A stretch of 42,288 nt of DNA from the NCBI RefSeq assembly GCF_006345805.1, contig NW_021835025.1, positions 1 to 42,288 on the forward strand, in the 5' to 3' direction. This DNA comes from Octopus sinensis. Its lineage: Eukaryota. A program made the position numbers and the translations under genes. The notes beneath the pieces are model-generated. The model worked only from the letters and a program-made list of their open reading frames with translations. It was not told the DNA's origin and searched no databases. Shown piece after piece: positions 37,783-42,288 of the stretch (its first letter is position 1; each line of letters begins with the position of its first letter).

Positions 37783-37982
37783 GTCTCTCTCTCATTCGTA
37801 AACGCACAAATGAAACACTCACACAAACAGTACAACATACACACAGTAACACGTACTTATAACATCGCCACACACGGCTGTTAACTGGAATTTTGATTTT
37901 TCCGATAATACAAGAACTCACTGGGAAATGTTGATGTCATAAAAATAACGTAAAGTTTCATTATATAAATCTATATATTATG

Positions 37983-38052
<70 letters not shown>

Positions 38053-38177
38053 ATATATATATAATATATATGCATACATTAATGTATATATAGGTATGTA
38101 TGTATGTATATGTAACATATATTTTGAATATACTAATCATGTTTGGTATACATGCTGTACGTATAGATATAAGCATG

Positions 38178-38209
<32 letters not shown>

Positions 38210-38375
38210 ATATATATATATACATGTTTGTATGTATATATATATACATGTATGTATATATATATATATATATATATGCGTGTTTGTGTTGTGTGTAAGT
38301 GTATGTACCTTTGTATACATAATACAACATACATACATACATCCGACATATATACATATATATACATATATATAT

Positions 38376-38410
<35 letters not shown>

Positions 38411-38640
38411 AGACATAGAAACATACATACATTTATACATATATATACACATGTATGTACACAAACATATATATATATATATATACAAACATGTATACAA
38501 ACATACACGCACACATACATACACACATACATACATACATACATACATACATACATACATACATACATACATACATACATACATACATACATACATACAT
38601 ACATACATACATGCACGCACACACATACATACATACATGC
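36620..38640. repeat. Compound microsatellite block with short unique spacers
   Basis: (CA)n, (TATC)n, (TA)n, (CTGT)n, (ATAC)n; source of the long low-complexity ORFs at 37961-38810. Confidence 0.93.
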
Positions 38641-38879
38641 GAGTTCGTATATGAATTTGTTGTTTGTATAAGGTAGGTAGGTTTTGTTTTTTTATGCTTA
38701 TCCTTTTTCTTTTTTTTTGTTTCGTCAATTTTTTGTTCTCCTCCCATAAATATAGATAAGTCAATATCAGAAATGCAAAGCGTAACATAAACGAAACTAG
38801 ATAAAACCATTAAAGGCGAGGTAACCTCATCAAGATTTTCTGTAAATTAGTTTTGAAGGTTTTTCGTTCTGATTACAAT

Positions 38880-39110
38880 CACTATTATTATTATTATATT
38901 ATTATTATATATATTATTATTATTATTATTATTATTATCATTATTATTATTATTATTATTACATTATTATTATATTATTATTATTATTTTTTCATTGTAT
39001 TGTTATTATTATTATTATTATTATTATATTATTATTATTATTATATTATTATTATAATATTAATTATCATTATTATTAATTATTATTATTATTATTATTG
39101 TTCATTGTTA

Positions 39111-39154
<44 letters not shown>

Positions 39155-39185
39155 AGTAGTAGTAGTAGTAATAGTTGTAGTAGTT
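38880..39185. repeat. Degenerate (ATT)n / (AGT)n tract
   Basis: Direct reading. Confidence 0.95.
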
Positions 39186-39189
39186 TGAA

Positions 39190-39917
39190 CATTGTGGGAA
39201 ACAGAGAGAGAGAGAGGGTGAGAGAGAGAGTTAGGGAAAGGGAGGCAGATACAGGGAGAGAGAGAGAGGGAGAGTGAGAGAAATAATACGTGTGTTGTGT
39301 ATGTTTGAGAAAGGATTAAGCAAGGAGAGAGAGAGAAAAGAGAAAGTGTATGTATGAAAAAGAGAGTGAACGAAGAGAAAGTGTGTTAATGAGAAAAATA
39401 GATAGATAGATAGATAGAGAGAGTGAGAGAGAGATAGAGTGAGAGAGAGAGAGAGACTATATGAGTGTGTTAGAGTGGGAAAGTGAAAGAGGTTGTATGG
39501 GAGAGACAATATATATGTAGAGCGATAAGGAGATAGTGAGAACGATAGAAAAAGTGCGTCTACTACGTGTATGGGAGAAAGGATTGAGTGTTTGAAAGAG
39601 GGAAAGATAGAGAGTGAGAGAAAGAGAGAGAGAAAGGCATACAGAGAAAGAAAGAGAGAGAGAGGGGGTGACGAGGAGAAAATGAGAGTATTGACGACGA
39701 GAGAACCTGTGTGTTTGAGTGAGGAAATGAAAGAGGTTGTGTGTGTGTTAGAGAAAGAAAAGATATAGAGCAATTGAGAGAGAGAGAGAGGAGGGAGAAA
39801 GAGAGAGAAAATTGAGGGGAGAAAGGGAGATAGAGGGGAGAAAGAGTGATAGAGTGAAAGAGAGAGAGAGAGAATCAACGAATGTGTGTATGAGAAAAAT
39901 GTTTGAGAGAGAAGCAG

Positions 39918-39948
<31 letters not shown>

Positions 39949-40079
39949 TAGAGAGATAAATAAATAAATATATGGATAAATAGAGAAAGAGAGAGAGAGA
40001 GAGAAAGTGAGAGAGAGAGAGAAGAAGAAAGGAAAGCGATGAGAAAGTGCTTAGCGAGAAAGTGTGTTGCTGTGTGTGT

Positions 40080-40112
<33 letters not shown>

Positions 40113-40315
40113 CGCGCGCGCAATAGAAAGTGAAAGAGACTGGTGAAGAAAACGGTATAAGATCGATAGACAGATAGAGAGACAAATATAGAAAGAGAGA
40201 CAGAAAAAGAGTGAAAGAAGGGAGCGATCGATCGATAGACAGATAAAGAGATAAATACACAGAGAGTGAGAGAGAGAGAGAGAGACAGTGCGAGAGAGAA
40301 AGAGAGAGAGGTAGT
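39190..40315. repeat. ~1.1-kb (GA)-rich polypurine low-complexity tract
   Basis: Strong purine bias on +, with (GA)n and (GATA)n runs. Confidence 0.93.
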
Positions 40316-40689
40316 TAGGTAGATTCGTGTTCGCTTTTCTTCATTTCATTTGATGCCCAAGCTATGCGTTCGTAGGTTTAGAATTTCGTGTTGAAAATTA
40401 TTTAGTTTATTATGTATACTCTTGGATTTTTACAACACACACAACACACACACACACACACACGTACACACACCACTACTCTCTACACTCTCTCTTCTCC
40501 TCTCTCTCTCTCCTTACTCACACTCTCTCTCTCTCACATACACCTCTCTCTCTCTCACATACACACTCTCTCTCTCTTTATGTTTGTTATTATTGATTTC
40601 CTCCCCCTCCCCACCTCTTCTTCCCTCTCAAATCACCCAGCTGTAATTAGTAAGTATATTGCGTCTGATACGACTAATGACGTGACGAC

Positions 40690-41040
40690 TAAACTACTAC
40701 TACTACTACTACTACTACCACTACCACTACCACCACTACTACTGCTACTACTACTACTACTACTACTACTGGTTGTGGTGGTGGTGGTGGTGATTGTGCG
40801 TGAAGTAAAGAAAGCCAAGCTGCTGCTGCTGCCGCCGCTGCTGCTGCCGCCGCTGCTGCTGCCGCCGCTGCTGCCGCCGCTGCTACTGCTGCTATCGCTG
40901 CTGCCGCCGCCTCCGTTGCTGCTGCTGCCGCCGCCTCCGTTGCTGCTGCTGCCGCCGCTGCTGCTGCCGCTGCTGCTGCTGCTATCGCTGCTGCCGCCGC
41001 CTCCGTTGCTGCTACTGCTGCCGCTGCTGCTGCTACTACT
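40690..41040. repeat. Compound (ACT)n-(GGT)n-(GCT/GCC)n trinucleotide tract with internal higher-order duplication
   Basis: Unit GCTATCGCTGCTGCCGCCGCCTCCGTTGCTGCT occurs twice and GCCGCCGCCTCCGTTGCT three times. Confidence 0.93.
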
Positions 41041-41277
41041 GGTGTGTTTTAACAACTGAAAGATACCGATTCATTTTAACAAAACAACAACAATAACACT
41101 TCTCTGACGACTGCTGCTACCAAGGAAACCGCCATAACTTCGTAACTTTGGTTTCTTTTGACACAAGACACGAGAAGACATCAATTTATTTATTTATTTA
41201 TTTATTTATTTATTTGTGTGTTTGTCATATTTGTTTATCTGTGTCACTGTTGTGTGTTGATCGTTTTTATCATATAA

Positions 41278-41647
41278 ATCGTTTCAGTCAAAGCGTTGCG
41301 GCCATGCTGGGGCACCGCCTTGAGGAATTTTGGTCGAACAAATCCACCGCAGTATTCCTTTTTTTAAAGTCTGGTACTGTCGGTCGCTTTTCCCCGAATC
41401 ATTAAGTCACGGGAACGTAAGCACGCCAACACCGGTTGCCAAACGGTGGTGGTGGTGGTGGACGAAATACACACGCACACACTCACACATTCATATATAC
41501 ATGACGGGCTTCTTTCAGTTTCCGTCTACCAAATCCACTCCCAAGGCTTTGGGCGACCCGAAGCTATAGTAGAACACACTTGCCTAAGGTGTCACGCAGT
41601 GGGACTGAACCGGGAACCATGTAGTTGGGAAGTAAACTTCTTACCAC
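41278..41647 (-). mobile_element. SINE family A, composite copy, diverged
   Basis: Tail, internal (GGT)n/(CA)n and head/body. Confidence 0.9.
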
Positions 41648-41665
41648 TTCGTTTTTATCATCTAA

Positions 41666-41836
41666 TTTGTTTCAGTCATAGGTCTGCGGCCATGCTGGGG
41701 CAATGCCTTGAAGGATTTCAGTCCAATAAATCGACTCCAGTATTTATGATTAAAAAAAAAATGTATGGTGCTAATTCTATCGGTGTGTTTTGCCGAACCG
41801 TTAAGTTACGAGGACGTAAACAAAACAACATCGGTT
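41666..41836 (-). mobile_element. SINE family A tail, diverged
   Basis: TGTTTCAGTCAT..GCGGCCATGCTGG..TTTGCCGAACCGTTAAGTTACG. Confidence 0.8.
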
Positions 41837-42288
41837 AACAAACAGTGAGTGGAAAAACTCATTTTAAAATAGCAACGGTAATCACCAAACTTTAAGCGAA
41901 TACGTTGGTAAAGAACTTTTATTTTATATCCTTAACTTTTTGTTGCATTTTTGTTTGTAAGCCCCTGATGAGGGCCCGTCAGACAAACATACGACTAAAG
42001 GGATTCTGACTATGCCCAGTCTTGCAGGACCGCCTCAACAACACTATAAGTCTCCGACGAAACAATATCCTGGGGCCACTATAAACACAATTACACCATA
42101 CGTAGATTTGCATTAGGTTCCGGTGTCCCTATACTTCCAGGCGGCACTGCCTGCCTGTTCTCTTGTATATATAGGACAAAGGGTCGGATTAAAGCCAACT
42201 GTTGCCATGAGCATGGTCCAACAGCAACTCCCTTGTGTATTAAAAAAAAAATTAAGACAATATTGCTGTAATTGGTTTCAAATTTTGG

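Noticed and set aside
40804-41052. Poly-alanine frame on the + strand with synonymous GCT/GCC variation
   Set aside because: Preceded by an in-frame TGA at 40801, no good acceptor; the same pattern arises on both strands from repeat slippage.

Overview
AT-rich, microsatellite-saturated animal genomic DNA, most likely intronic or intergenic sequence from an Octopus (coleoid cephalopod) genome. This is inferred from the SINE families as I recall them and from repeat density, not from a database search. I find no intact host protein-coding gene; nearly all ORF-track entries are microsatellite or SINE read-through. The window is a transposon graveyard. It holds at least four tRNA-derived SINE families (labelled A-D here, about 30 copies), a 566-bp internally deleted mariner with both TIRs, a second mariner relic, an IR/DR-type Tc1 half-element and two decayed hAT transposases. 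It also holds a deleted piggyBac, a Penelope-like (PLE) RT relic, two Helitron/HINE-like elements and several MITEs. The most notable unexplained structure is at 5417-5639: a complete type I hammerhead ribozyme core (5493-5561) sitting next to a 65-bp near-perfect palindrome, the pair bounded by a 9-bp direct repeat. Three or four further degenerate hammerhead cores of unrelated sequence occur elsewhere. Other points of interest are one SINE head carrying four different 3' tails, a pre-miRNA-sized hairpin (11460-11533), nested inverted repeats that could form dsRNA, and CpG-rich unique islands that may be cis-regulatory. All alignments and folds were done by eye.
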